A stretch of DNA of 64,000 bases, taken from positions 41,850 through 105,849 of the IMG/VR virus record IMGVR_UViG_3300027796_000011. One strand, given 5' to 3'. This DNA comes from a virus (Duplodnaviria; Heunggongvirae; Uroviricota; Caudoviricetes). The notes under the pieces were generated by a model. The model worked only from the letters and a program-made list of their open reading frames with translations, did no database searches and was not told where the DNA came from. This document shows positions 47,181 to 56,407 of the stretch, piece by piece. Within the stretch, counting starts at the first letter, position 1. Every line of letters begins with the position of its first letter. A program made the position numbers and the translations under genes.

Positions 47181-48764
47181 TTAATTTGATCGAATCAGGC
47201 GAGTAATCCCGCCCAAGGCGTCCTTTGCCTCTTGCACCCTCACCGCTTTGACAGAGGAAACCGGGGTGGCCCGCCCCTCCATCCAACGACGGAAGGCGTC
47301 AATGTTCTCCTTGTCGGTCTTGGAAAGGGGCACCATCTTGGAAGCCACCAGGGTCAAGATGTCGGTGGTAACGTCCTGGTTGCCGTCAAACGCCACATAC
47401 AAGCCCTCATCAACCACGGCCTCGATCTCTGCCCCAACAAAGCCTTCCGTAGCAGCAGAGAGCCTTGTGAGGTCAAAGTTCGCTACTTCCCGCCCGCGCT
47501 TGCGGAGGTGAATCGAAAAAATCTGCTCACGCTCAAAGTCGGCGGGAAGGTCAACCGCAAACACCTCATCCCAACGTCCTTTCCGAAACATAGCCCCATC
47601 AAGATTCCGAATGGTGTTGCAGGTCGCAATCTTGTAAATAGGGGCCTTGGTTTCGCTCATCCAAGTCAGCAGACTTCCGATGACCCGGCTGGTGACACCA
47701 GAGTCCGATTTGCCAGAGGACTCCAACCCCGCCAGGAGCTTTTCGGCTTCGTCAATCAGCAGACAGGCAGGGGCAACCGTCTCCAAGAGGCTCAAGGCTT
47801 CCTTGGTGGCCTGTTCGCTGCTGCCAACCACCCCACGGAACAGCGCACCCACATCCAGCCGATACAGCGGCAGATTCAGCACGCTGGCAATCGTCTTGGC
47901 GGAAAGGGTCTTGCCGGTTCCGGGCTGGCCGACCAGCATCAGTCCCTTGGGGGGCTTCAAGCCAAAGTCCAGGGCACTACGGTGTTCCTCGAAATAGCGA
48001 CGGCGACGGCGAACGTGTTCCTTCAGGTTGTCGAACCCTCCCAACGTATCAAAGGACTCGTCAGTCGGCATGTACTCCAAAACACCAGACTGCTTGATAG
48101 CCAACTGCTTCTCTTTCCGCAGCAGGTTGATGTCCACCCCGCGACTGCCCACAATGGAAAGAGCCATCGCGTTTTCGGCTTTCAGTCTGGTGAGTCCAGT
48201 AGCATTTTCCGCAGCCTTTTCCAGCATGTCATCAGAGATATCCAGCCCCATCGCTTCCTTGTACGCCTCGGTGATGGACGAAAACAAGGTCTTGATCTCT
48301 TCCTTGGTGGGGAGGTCAAAGTCAATGAAGGTGATGACCTCTGACAACTCTTCAGGACACTCAAATGCCGCCCCGACAAAGATCACATGAGAACCCTTGG
48401 TACGGATGGCGTAGGCGGCATCCCGAAGGGCCTGCTTGGAAAACGGGTTGTTGTCAATGAACGCCTTGGGGTTGAAGACAATGTAAAGCCTGTTCTTGTG
48501 GGGCCACCCATCATCCGACGTGGAGATGTAGCGCATCAACTCCCCAAGTTCCGTAGTGTCCTGAATCCGGTCACTGACAGGATCATCAGACGCATACGGG
48601 TACAGTCCGGTAGTGACCTTCCAGACAAAGACATTGAGAGGTTCTTCCAACCCGGCATGTTCCACGTTATGGACAATCTCTTGGAGTGCCCTTTCCTGCT
48701 CCGTAGTCCTCACATACAGACACGGATACCCTGCCAGAATATACGATGAAATATCAAAAGCCAT
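47181..48764 (-). CDS. AAA+ ATPase
   Basis: Walker A LVGQPGTGKT, Walker B CLLIDEAEK, sensor and arginine-finger region ATCNTIRNLDGAMFRKGRWD. Confidence 0.65.
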   Translation of the reverse strand: MAFDISSYILAGYPCLYVRTTEQERALQEIVHNVEHAGLEEPLNVFVWKVTTGLYPYASDDPVSDRIQDTTELGELMRYISTSDDGWPHKNRLYIVFNPKAFIDNNPFSKQALRDAAYAIRTKGSHVIFVGAAFECPEELSEVITFIDFDLPTKEEIKTLFSSITEAYKEAMGLDISDDMLEKAAENATGLTRLKAENAMALSIVGSRGVDINLLRKEKQLAIKQSGVLEYMPTDESFDTLGGFDNLKEHVRRRRRYFEEHRSALDFGLKPPKGLMLVGQPGTGKTLSAKTIASVLNLPLYRLDVGALFRGVVGSSEQATKEALSLLETVAPACLLIDEAEKLLAGLESSGKSDSGVTSRVIGSLLTWMSETKAPIYKIATCNTIRNLDGAMFRKGRWDEVFAVDLPADFEREQIFSIHLRKRGREVANFDLTRLSAATEGFVGAEIEAVVDEGLYVAFDGNQDVTTDILTLVASKMVPLSKTDKENIDAFRRWMEGRATPVSSVKAVRVQEAKDALGGITRLIRSN

Positions 48765-49135
48765 TAGTTTCTCCCTCCCACTATCTAGGAATTAAAGAGT
48801 TTCCCAATCACCGGATTCGTTCATGTACTGCATCTCTGTACATCCGTAGTTGCTCATAGCCCAATCAAGCGGGGCGAACGCAACGTCCTCACTCCCATCA
48901 TAGATGTCCTTCTTGGAGATACTACCAAGGAAGTACACGTTACCATCATCATCCAGAAGTCGGAACATCGTGCAGTCTTTCAAGGAAGCCTCTTTGGCAT
49001 AATACCCCGTCCCAACTTCTGTGTTCCTGCCCGCTTCTGGAATCAAGCAGCCTGTGATTACCCATCCCATGTTCTTTCCCTCCCCGATTTGTTGAGAACA
49101 TCCTACCTGAATTTTCCAGGTTTTGTCAAGAGAAA

Positions 49136-50242
49136 TTATCCCTTGATGTTCAAGATGGGCTTGAAGTGATTCACAACGTCGATCACAATGCCCTGCTGCC
49201 GATCAATCACCTCTTCCAAGTTCTTGTAGGCCATCGGGGACTCATCCAGGGTATGCTTGGAGACAGACGCCACAATGCCGTGCATCTCTTCCTCAAACTG
49301 CTCCACAGTAAATGCCTCCTTGGCCTTGGAACGACTCATCGTCCGTCCAGCCCCGTGAGAAGACGAGCACAGATAGTCCTCATTTCCAAGACCCTGCACG
49401 ATGTAAACCCCATCCCGCATGTTGCCGGGGATGATGCCGTACTGCCCCGCCATAGCCGGGGTGGCTCCCTTCCGGTGCAGAATACCGTCCTCAAGAATCT
49501 GTGCGTAGTTGTGAGGAACATCAATCACCAACTCCTCTTCAAAACCTATTTCAAACTCCCCCTCCTCAAAAAAATCCTCAAGAGACTCAATAACAGCCTC
49601 CAACATAGACAGGCGGTTGGTCACAGCCCAATCCACAGCAAACCGCATATCCTCATAGTATGCCCTTCCCAGGAGAGAATCGAATGCAAACCACTTTTCC
49701 CTCTTGAGGTAATGGGTACAGATACGGTGCCCCAAGTTACGAGAGCCAGAATGGATTGTGACTCCAACCTCTTTGGTAGCCGCAGACACCCCAAACTCAA
49801 TGAAGTGGTTTCCAGAGCCAAGCGTTCCTAACTGCGCGTACTGGTTGGCACGAACCTCTTCATCCAAGTCCTTATCTCCAAGGGATGACTTGAAGTCCCC
49901 AATCTCGCTGTTAGAGAACCTTCCAGTTCCCGTGGGGATATTTTTATGGATGGTATGAAACAGCCCAAGCAGATCAACATGCTCGAAAAAGTCCTCTTGG
50001 GAGATGCCGAGAGGGTAATGCAGCACGCCGCATCCGATGTCATAGCCAACGTAGCTAGGGGAGATGACGTTATCGAGGAGAGCCACCCCGCCAATGGGCA
50101 TGTCGTAGCCCGTATGACAGTCAGGCATGATAGCCACCCTCTTCACGAAGTCCAATGCAGCCACCTTCTCGATCTGATCCAGTGCTGAAGACTCAATATC
50201 CGCAATAGGCAGCATAAACGAAACCTTATCAAACTTTCCCAC
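49136..50242 (-). CDS. rtcB: RtcB-family RNA 3'-phosphate/5'-OH ligase
   Basis: MPDCHTGYDMPIGGV, DIGCGV, GSGNHFIEF, GAGR match the RtcB metal- and GTP-binding motifs. Confidence 0.8.
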   Translation of the reverse strand: MGKFDKVSFMLPIADIESSALDQIEKVAALDFVKRVAIMPDCHTGYDMPIGGVALLDNVISPSYVGYDIGCGVLHYPLGISQEDFFEHVDLLGLFHTIHKNIPTGTGRFSNSEIGDFKSSLGDKDLDEEVRANQYAQLGTLGSGNHFIEFGVSAATKEVGVTIHSGSRNLGHRICTHYLKREKWFAFDSLLGRAYYEDMRFAVDWAVTNRLSMLEAVIESLEDFFEEGEFEIGFEEELVIDVPHNYAQILEDGILHRKGATPAMAGQYGIIPGNMRDGVYIVQGLGNEDYLCSSSHGAGRTMSRSKAKEAFTVEQFEEEMHGIVASVSKHTLDESPMAYKNLEEVIDRQQGIVIDVVNHFKPILNIKG

Positions 50243-50256
50243 AACAACCTCCTAGT

Positions 50257-50634
50257 TTACAGGTACAAAGCACCCACATGCCAGTCTATAGCTCCAAGGA
50301 CCAGTTTAAGGCCTTGCTCAAGAGCATCAGCAGACAACACCAAGTCTTCTGTAAGTCTAGTGCGAAACATTTTAGGATATTCAGGCGCGTACACAGCGGT
50401 ATAAGTGTTTCCAAGAATAAAGCAATAATGGAATGAGGAGTCCATCCCACCAACAACAAAAGATACTGGCACCCTAAAGGTATTTTTAATAAACGGGGCC
50501 AGAACCTCCCCAGGAGCGTCTTCCACAGTAAAAACACCGAACTCTTTCAGGTTAAGTTCCTTGCATATACCACGAACTTCCTCCTCCTCCAAAACAAATC
50601 CAAAGAAAACAAAAGCCTTAGCGTCCATTCCCAT
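50257..50634 (-). CDS. hypothetical protein
   Basis: conserved leader GGGAGGGAACTAAC ATG. Confidence 0.35.
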   Translation of the reverse strand: MGMDAKAFVFFGFVLEEEEVRGICKELNLKEFGVFTVEDAPGEVLAPFIKNTFRVPVSFVVGGMDSSFHYCFILGNTYTAVYAPEYPKMFRTRLTEDLVLSADALEQGLKLVLGAIDWHVGALYL

Positions 50635-50783
50635 GTTAGTTCCCTCCCGATCAATTTGTTGTTGGGGAGATATTACCACTTTTTCTGGGTTTGTCAACAA
50701 AAAAGTTGAGGGCAGGACTTCTCCCACCCCCAACTCGTTAGAACTACTTAAAATGTTTTTGAAATTGACTTCAGAAATTCTAG

Positions 50784-51452
50784 CTAATCCATCAGCGGGG
50801 AGATGATCTCCCCCCACAACTTGTACCCTTCCAGGCTCAAATGAAGCCCATCTGTCGTCAGGTGAACCTTCATGTTGTTACCCTCCCCAACAAAATGAGA
50901 GTATAGATCGACAAACGTAAACGTCTTGATTTGTTTGGCATACGCAGCTAGGAGCAGGTTCGTCTTCGCTATCTGTGCCTTGTCCCGATGGTGCGTAAGC
51001 GTAAACCCTGTATGCACGGGCAGGATGCTCTGCACATAAACCTTCGTGCCTATGCTGTAGAAAGCGTTAGCAATCATCAAGATGTCCTGAACAACTCTGT
51101 CTGCGGCCTCTTGCGTTCCCCACCCGAAATTGTTGGTGCCTATCAAAAGGAACAGTTTCTTCGGATGCTCTTTTAACAGATCATACTGGCGGGCCAGCAC
51201 CCCAAGCGTAGTGTCACCAGATATACCACGATTCACCACATCCTTCTGAACAAAGTACTCAGCATAATTTGACTGCCCTTCGGTCACAGAATCTCCAACC
51301 AGAATGATTTTTCCAGTAGTAGGGTGACACCTGTACTCGTCCACCTTCTGTATGTAGTAGTCAGAAAAGGGCGGGAGGGCTTCCTTAACAGTCGCCTCCT
51401 TCCCGAACAACGCCATAATCCACACAACTATCTTCTGTAGCAGTTCTTTCAC
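50784..51452 (-). CDS. SGNH/GDSL-family hydrolase (second copy)
   Basis: GTG start after GGGGAGGAAGCAA; ILVGDSVTEGQ block I; TTDGLHLS block V. Confidence 0.55.
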   Translation of the reverse strand: MKELLQKIVVWIMALFGKEATVKEALPPFSDYYIQKVDEYRCHPTTGKIILVGDSVTEGQSNYAEYFVQKDVVNRGISGDTTLGVLARQYDLLKEHPKKLFLLIGTNNFGWGTQEAADRVVQDILMIANAFYSIGTKVYVQSILPVHTGFTLTHHRDKAQIAKTNLLLAAYAKQIKTFTFVDLYSHFVGEGNNMKVHLTTDGLHLSLEGYKLWGEIISPLMD

Positions 51453-51475
51453 TTGCTTCCTCCCCGAATTTGAAG

Positions 51476-52057
51476 TTAATTTCGGAAATTCCAAGACTGT
51501 TGCATTTCCGTCAGGAACCTTCCGTTATATGCCTTGAATTTCTCACGAAACTTGCTGCGCTTGGCATCGAGTTCTTCTGCCGGGGCCAGGGTGTGCCTCC
51601 CCAAAAGTGCCAAGGTAAAGCCGTCAGCTTCATCCCCATTGGCTACCGGCATCCCCCAAAAGTCTCGTATGGCAACCCTAACCTCTTTCTTGTCTGCTGA
51701 TGCCTTCCCGGTTGCAAATCCCTTGAGTATATTCGGCTCTGCCAACAGGAACGGGAGGCCAGTAATTTTCGGGATGGAGTGCTTTAAGTAGCCCATCATC
51801 TCCAGTCTATCAGCAGCATTACCTAACACTCCATACAATGCTGCTCTTGAGATGTCTTCAAAGACTACTACATCTCCTGGTTGAATAATGTTGAGTACCC
51901 CTTCCACCCCGATTTTTTGACGTTCCCACGACGTTTTATCTGGTTTGGTCGGGAGGGATAACGACGCAGTTTCATTCCTACCAAGGTCTATGATACCAAC
52001 CCCCGGCCTTGCCAACGAGATATCCAACCCAATGAACCTCATAGCATCAGCCTTCAT
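51476..52057 (-). CDS. RuvC-like Holliday junction resolvase
   Basis: FIGLDISLARPGVGII (RNase H-fold motif I), VVFEDISRAAL, GDEADGFTLALLG. Confidence 0.5.
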   Translation of the reverse strand: MKADAMRFIGLDISLARPGVGIIDLGRNETASLSLPTKPDKTSWERQKIGVEGVLNIIQPGDVVVFEDISRAALYGVLGNAADRLEMMGYLKHSIPKITGLPFLLAEPNILKGFATGKASADKKEVRVAIRDFWGMPVANGDEADGFTLALLGRHTLAPAEELDAKRSKFREKFKAYNGRFLTEMQQSWNFRN

Positions 52058-52380
52058 CTCCACTCTCCAGAGAGTCCAGCCAATCGAACTCCACATCTGT
52101 AGCCCAATTATACTTATTTGTAAGAAACTCTTGAAACTCTGCTCCCAACTCAGTGACATCCATATCAACCAACACTCCTTTCACAGGCACCTCTACACGC
52201 TCACCCATCAAAGTGACAATGTTCACCAATTTAAGGTGTTTCGCTGTCCCATAGCAATCCTTTATTGTATGTTCCAAACCCATACTTTTAGCAGGGATGT
52301 TCAACTTCTCAATGGCTACAACAACATTCTCACCCCAACCGATATACAACTTGCGCCCAACGATATCCCATTTCACACAG

Positions 52381-53739
52381 TTAGTCCTCATAATTATCCA
52401 CCATTTCAATACGTTTCCCGAGCCAACGCATTACGTTAACCGCCATTGAATTTCCCGACGCCTTATACCTTAGGCCATCAGGGCAATTCTCTGCGGGCTT
52501 ATTACGCCAAGGGATGGCGGTGTAGCTGTCTGGGAATCCCTGTAGTCTTTCGCACTCTGTTGGCGTCAGTCGGCGGACTTGGTAGGGGGGCTGGAATATC
52601 TTTGGCGTATTCCGCCCCGTCGCATTGGAGTTCGTGCCGATGGACGGGCAGTGAGGCGTCACAAGGACATCGCCGGATTGATTCTGGGTAAAGGCCACAG
52701 CCTGATACCCGTTCGCACCTAGAGCGTGAGCGCGGTTGTACCCTACAATGGGGTCTTGCGTAGCATGAACGCACAGTGTTTCACTTTCAAAATCTAGGCG
52801 CTGTTTAGTAGTAGTAGTAGTAGTAGCAACGTCTATAGATACACAACAACCACCACCAAAAGCACCTACTATATAAGAACCGTTATCAAGACAGTTCCTA
52901 ACTTTAGCCCCTAAAGGCCCAGATACCGTGGGGGAATGCCATAGGACATCTTCTCTAAGGCACTCCGCAATCTCGGCGGCAGCTACAATGCCTACTACAT
53001 GGGGCTGCGCTTGATCCAGCGTGTGAGTACACTCTTCACTTATTCCCCATCCGTTACTTGAGGTGTTCGCGCTCCTTCTGCCAAAGCTGTGTGTAGCATT
53101 GGAGGCAACGCTTTCCCCCGTTTTTCTGCACGGCGCAGAATCCCGGCGCACGCCTTCGCGCTCAAAAAGAATCTCTCTGGGATCGGCCCCGTCTCTAGGA
53201 CATGCGACAAGAAAGACACGCTTGCGCCGTTGTGCCAGACCGAAATATTGGGCGTCGAGGCATCTCCACGCGATTGCTCTTTCGGGACCAAGCACGAAAC
53301 CAGCGTCCGTCCATTTTCCCCCTGGAGGGAGGAGCGGACCATCTTCTCCGGCCAATGCGCCAAGTAGGCATCCGAAAGCGTTTGTTTTGTCGGACAAGAC
53401 TCCTGGCACGTTCTCCCATACTGCATATCTTGGACAAGATTCATTCACTATCCTCGCATATTGTAAAGTCAGGTTTCCACGGTCATCATTAAGTCCTTCC
53501 CTCAATCCTGCCACAGAGAAGGCTTGGCAAGGGCTACCACCAACAAGTACATCAATCCCTCTAAAGGCGTTCCCGTCAATCTGTGTAGCATCCCCAAGAT
53601 TAGGAATATTCGGGTGATGGAACTTCAACACTTCACAAGGGAAAGGGTCAATCTCTGAAAACGCTACAGGTTCCCACCCCAAACCCTTCCAAGAAACACT
53701 TGCAGCCTCTATTCCAGAAAACAAAGAAAGGTATTTCAA
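52381..53739 (-). CDS. DNA (cytosine-5)-methyltransferase
   Basis: motif I LSLFSGIEA, motif IV GGSPCQAFSVAG, motif VI AVWENVPG; variable region contains a (AGT)6 repeat encoding TTTTT. Confidence 0.8.
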   Translation of the reverse strand: MKYLSLFSGIEAASVSWKGLGWEPVAFSEIDPFPCEVLKFHHPNIPNLGDATQIDGNAFRGIDVLVGGSPCQAFSVAGLREGLNDDRGNLTLQYARIVNESCPRYAVWENVPGVLSDKTNAFGCLLGALAGEDGPLLPPGGKWTDAGFVLGPERAIAWRCLDAQYFGLAQRRKRVFLVACPRDGADPREILFEREGVRRDSAPCRKTGESVASNATHSFGRRSANTSSNGWGISEECTHTLDQAQPHVVGIVAAAEIAECLREDVLWHSPTVSGPLGAKVRNCLDNGSYIVGAFGGGCCVSIDVATTTTTTKQRLDFESETLCVHATQDPIVGYNRAHALGANGYQAVAFTQNQSGDVLVTPHCPSIGTNSNATGRNTPKIFQPPYQVRRLTPTECERLQGFPDSYTAIPWRNKPAENCPDGLRYKASGNSMAVNVMRWLGKRIEMVDNYED

Positions 53740-53742
53740 AAT

Positions 53743-53925
53743 CTAACCCTCGTATCGGTCACGGGTGCTGTAGAATCCTTCCCCCTTCAAATGAAAATTC
53801 TGGGTGGACAACTGCCGGTTTGCATCCCCACCACATCGTGGGCAGGGAGAAAACAGTACGTTCATTGGAGTCAATTCCTCAAACTCATGCTTGCATCTCG
53901 TACACTTCCATTCATATAATGGCAT
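53743..53925 (-). CDS. FmdB-family zinc-ribbon protein
   Basis: MPLYEWKCTRCKHEFE...CPRCGG. Confidence 0.5.
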   Translation of the reverse strand: MPLYEWKCTRCKHEFEELTPMNVLFSPCPRCGGDANRQLSTQNFHLKGEGFYSTRDRYEG

Positions 53926-54221
53926 AGGTTCTTGCCCTCCCGCCTAGTGGTATTGATCCAAAACACGAACACTATTCAAACCAAACAAGTATCTGCCGTC
54001 TTTTTGCTTCCCGAAAGAACTCATAGTCCAGAAGATAGTAGGATTGACCTCCGTCTCACATAGAGCATTTACGTCTTCTTCTGTCCTACCGTTTGCGTTG
54101 CAGACCTTACAACCCCACCCGGTGATAGCGGATAGGGTTGTAGGTACATGCTCTGAGGTTATCTCCGTTGCATCCCCACAATTCATGCAAATGACTACCA
54201 ATACATCTGCTTTGTGCATGG

Positions 54222-55139
54222 CTACGCCTGTATGGGAGTGGGTCTGGTTGACTGCACATCCATAAGGTACACCTTGTGTGCATATGTCCCATCATCGTAG
54301 ATATCAAAAACGACACATCCTGTATCTACAACGCCAGAGCATTGAGAGGCACCGTATATGGTGGACGGACCTTGCAGAGAGGGGAGGACCACACCGCGCC
54401 AACCTCTAGAAGCAGATTCATCGTAGTAGTGGACATGGCTACGAAGCATGATGTCTGCTTTGGGGGAGTAGTTGCGTTCATTCCACAAGATGTTCCAGAC
54501 ACGTTCTTTCTTGATGGCGGTTGCCCTCCCCCACGGGACAGAGGAACCACCTATCTTGTGCTTCACATCGAAGACCACCCCGTTCACATCCACCCACTCG
54601 TGACTTCCCACCCGCCCCTTGACGGCTTCGGCTACCAACTGCTCATAGTTGGTGAAGTCCTTCCCATTCACATGGTATGGGGTGCCCCTGGTGAACACGT
54701 TGGTTCTAGCGTCAATGAACTTGGCAATGTGAATCGCCATATCCGCCTGTTCTTTGAGGTCTGTGGTGGTCTGCTCCACCCCGCCAGACTTGTCACCCTT
54801 CCCGTCAATCAGATCACCGTTGCCGATCAGGACATCAATGGGTTGGATTTTTGAAATCAACTGCGAAAACCAATCCCACATTTCCACCTGAAGGTCAGCA
54901 TACATACGCTTCTTCTGGTCCGCTTCCTCATGCGGGGTGGATTGCCAAGGAGGCGGGGTTAGCCCCGCACGATGCCCACAATGCCAATCACCGGTAGCCA
55001 GTACCCGTTTGAAGGTTCCACGCTTATGACGGGCAAACAACCCCTGGAACGTAGACCACGGCATGTCCGTATGCCTCCATGCTTCCCGAACCTGACCACC
55101 AAACTCCTGCACCAAGTCAAAGACCTCTTTAGGCGTCAT
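54222..55139 (-). CDS. calcineurin-like metallophosphoesterase
   Basis: LATGDWHCGH, IGNGDLIDGKG, HVHYYD motifs. Confidence 0.55.
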   Translation of the reverse strand: MTPKEVFDLVQEFGGQVREAWRHTDMPWSTFQGLFARHKRGTFKRVLATGDWHCGHRAGLTPPPWQSTPHEEADQKKRMYADLQVEMWDWFSQLISKIQPIDVLIGNGDLIDGKGDKSGGVEQTTTDLKEQADMAIHIAKFIDARTNVFTRGTPYHVNGKDFTNYEQLVAEAVKGRVGSHEWVDVNGVVFDVKHKIGGSSVPWGRATAIKKERVWNILWNERNYSPKADIMLRSHVHYYDESASRGWRGVVLPSLQGPSTIYGASQCSGVVDTGCVVFDIYDDGTYAHKVYLMDVQSTRPTPIQA

Positions 55140-55749
55140 CTCTGGTATCCTCCCCGACTAAAATCTTGATCTTGCGTTCACACTGCTTGACCACCTCTCC
55201 AAACGAGTACATATGAGTCGGGATGGTCAGGAACAGACGATGCTTGTACTTGTACGGCAAATTCTCATACACAGCCCGTCTGCGATTCCAAAGAGCCTCA
55301 TCCACCATCTCATAACGATCAGGAGTTCCAAACTCCAACGTACTCATGCGCTCCCTGGCCGTCTTGTAATCCGCATCCAAGATGATCGTCAGAGGCGGGG
55401 TGGGAATCAGATTCTTCAACGCAGCATCCATAGCAGCATACTCAAGGGTCTTTCCCATCCCAGATGTTTCAATCTGGTACACATAGGTGCTGTCCGGCCC
55501 ACGATCAGCCAGATACACAACATCCATCTCCATGTTGTCCATCGTATGACGCATATCCGCCATGAAGAACAAGCATGAAGCCACTACACTCATGTCAGTA
55601 TCAGGGTCCAGCAACGTCTGGCGTACCAGTTTCCCAACTGACGTTTGACCAGGAAATCGAACAGACTGCCAATGCGGGTTGCGAGACATCAACTCCCGAA
55701 TAACGGTAGTCTTACCAGAGCCATCAACACCTTCAAACGTAATCAGCAT
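55129..55749 (-). CDS. tmk: thymidylate kinase
   Basis: ITFEGVDGSGKTT P-loop, RFPGQT (cf. REPGGT), LADRGPDSTYVYQ (cf. DRHDLSTQAYQ). Confidence 0.75.
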   Translation of the reverse strand: MLITFEGVDGSGKTTVIRELMSRNPHWQSVRFPGQTSVGKLVRQTLLDPDTDMSVVASCLFFMADMRHTMDNMEMDVVYLADRGPDSTYVYQIETSGMGKTLEYAAMDAALKNLIPTPPLTIILDADYKTARERMSTLEFGTPDRYEMVDEALWNRRRAVYENLPYKYKHRLFLTIPTHMYSFGEVVKQCERKIKILVGEDTRDDA

Positions 55750-56406
55750 CTATTCAATCTCCCTGTATATGTCTCTACACGATTCAAGTTCTTCCCTTGT
55801 AAACAACTCCCTAAGTCTGCCTATTGCCATACTAACGCGCAAGCATACGGCCTGCTTCGTAGTGCCTATCTCCTCCCCAATCATTCTGTAGTTTTTCTCT
55901 TGATGAAAGTACGCATCCAACAATTCTTTATCCTCTTCGGATAACAACTGTAACTTACAGCTCACTATAGCATAAAACCTTTGAAGTTCAAGTTGCTTAT
56001 CCGTAGTTTCTTGAGGGTCAAGACAACTACGCTCATTTAATGTGGTAGCCCCCTGAGTGTACCCATACAACTTTGTCAACTCATTAGCTACTGACTGCGC
56101 GATAGCCTTACGGATGTAAACAGTAAACTGCCCTATCTCCATTGAAGGCATGTTACGCAAGGCGACCATCACACCTAAAGCAGCCTCCCCCATACAAGAG
56201 TTTATCCAATCGTCCTTATCCACCCCAAAAATCTTAGATGTCTTATTGTAGGCATCAGTGCCCACACAGTTTTTGAAACGCCTCCAAACCTTATCCGCTA
56301 CAATCTTGAGTCGTGCATCAAACTCTTCCTTCGGAATATAACTCTTCTCCAACAGGAAGGGCTTTATAACCTCTTCAAACTCTTTCTTGTATGCTTCCTG
56401 TTTCAT
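55750..56406 (-). CDS. phage-encoded sigma-70-family sigma factor
   Basis: C-terminal region-4 HTH YRMIGEEIGTTKQAVCLRVSMAIGRLRE; region-2-like segment upstream; start MKQEAYKK. Confidence 0.6.
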   Translation of the reverse strand: MKQEAYKKEFEEVIKPFLLEKSYIPKEEFDARLKIVADKVWRRFKNCVGTDAYNKTSKIFGVDKDDWINSCMGEAALGVMVALRNMPSMEIGQFTVYIRKAIAQSVANELTKLYGYTQGATTLNERSCLDPQETTDKQLELQRFYAIVSCKLQLLSEEDKELLDAYFHQEKNYRMIGEEIGTTKQAVCLRVSMAIGRLRELFTREELESCRDIYREIE

Positions 56407-56407
56407 G

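Noticed and set aside
46155-48344. Two long plus-strand ORFs (331 and 370 aa)
   Set aside because: Antisense to the 46176..47102 gene and the AAA+ ATPase. Both are L/G/R-rich and lack RBS. The minus-strand partners carry Walker motifs and leaders.
55129-55749. Polynucleotide kinase instead of thymidylate kinase
   Set aside because: FEGxDGSGKTT plus the REPGGT-like and DRxxxS-xYQ blocks are Tmk-specific, and thyX is nearby. The protein was checked as a possible Pnk-type kinase because it sits next to a metallophosphoesterase.
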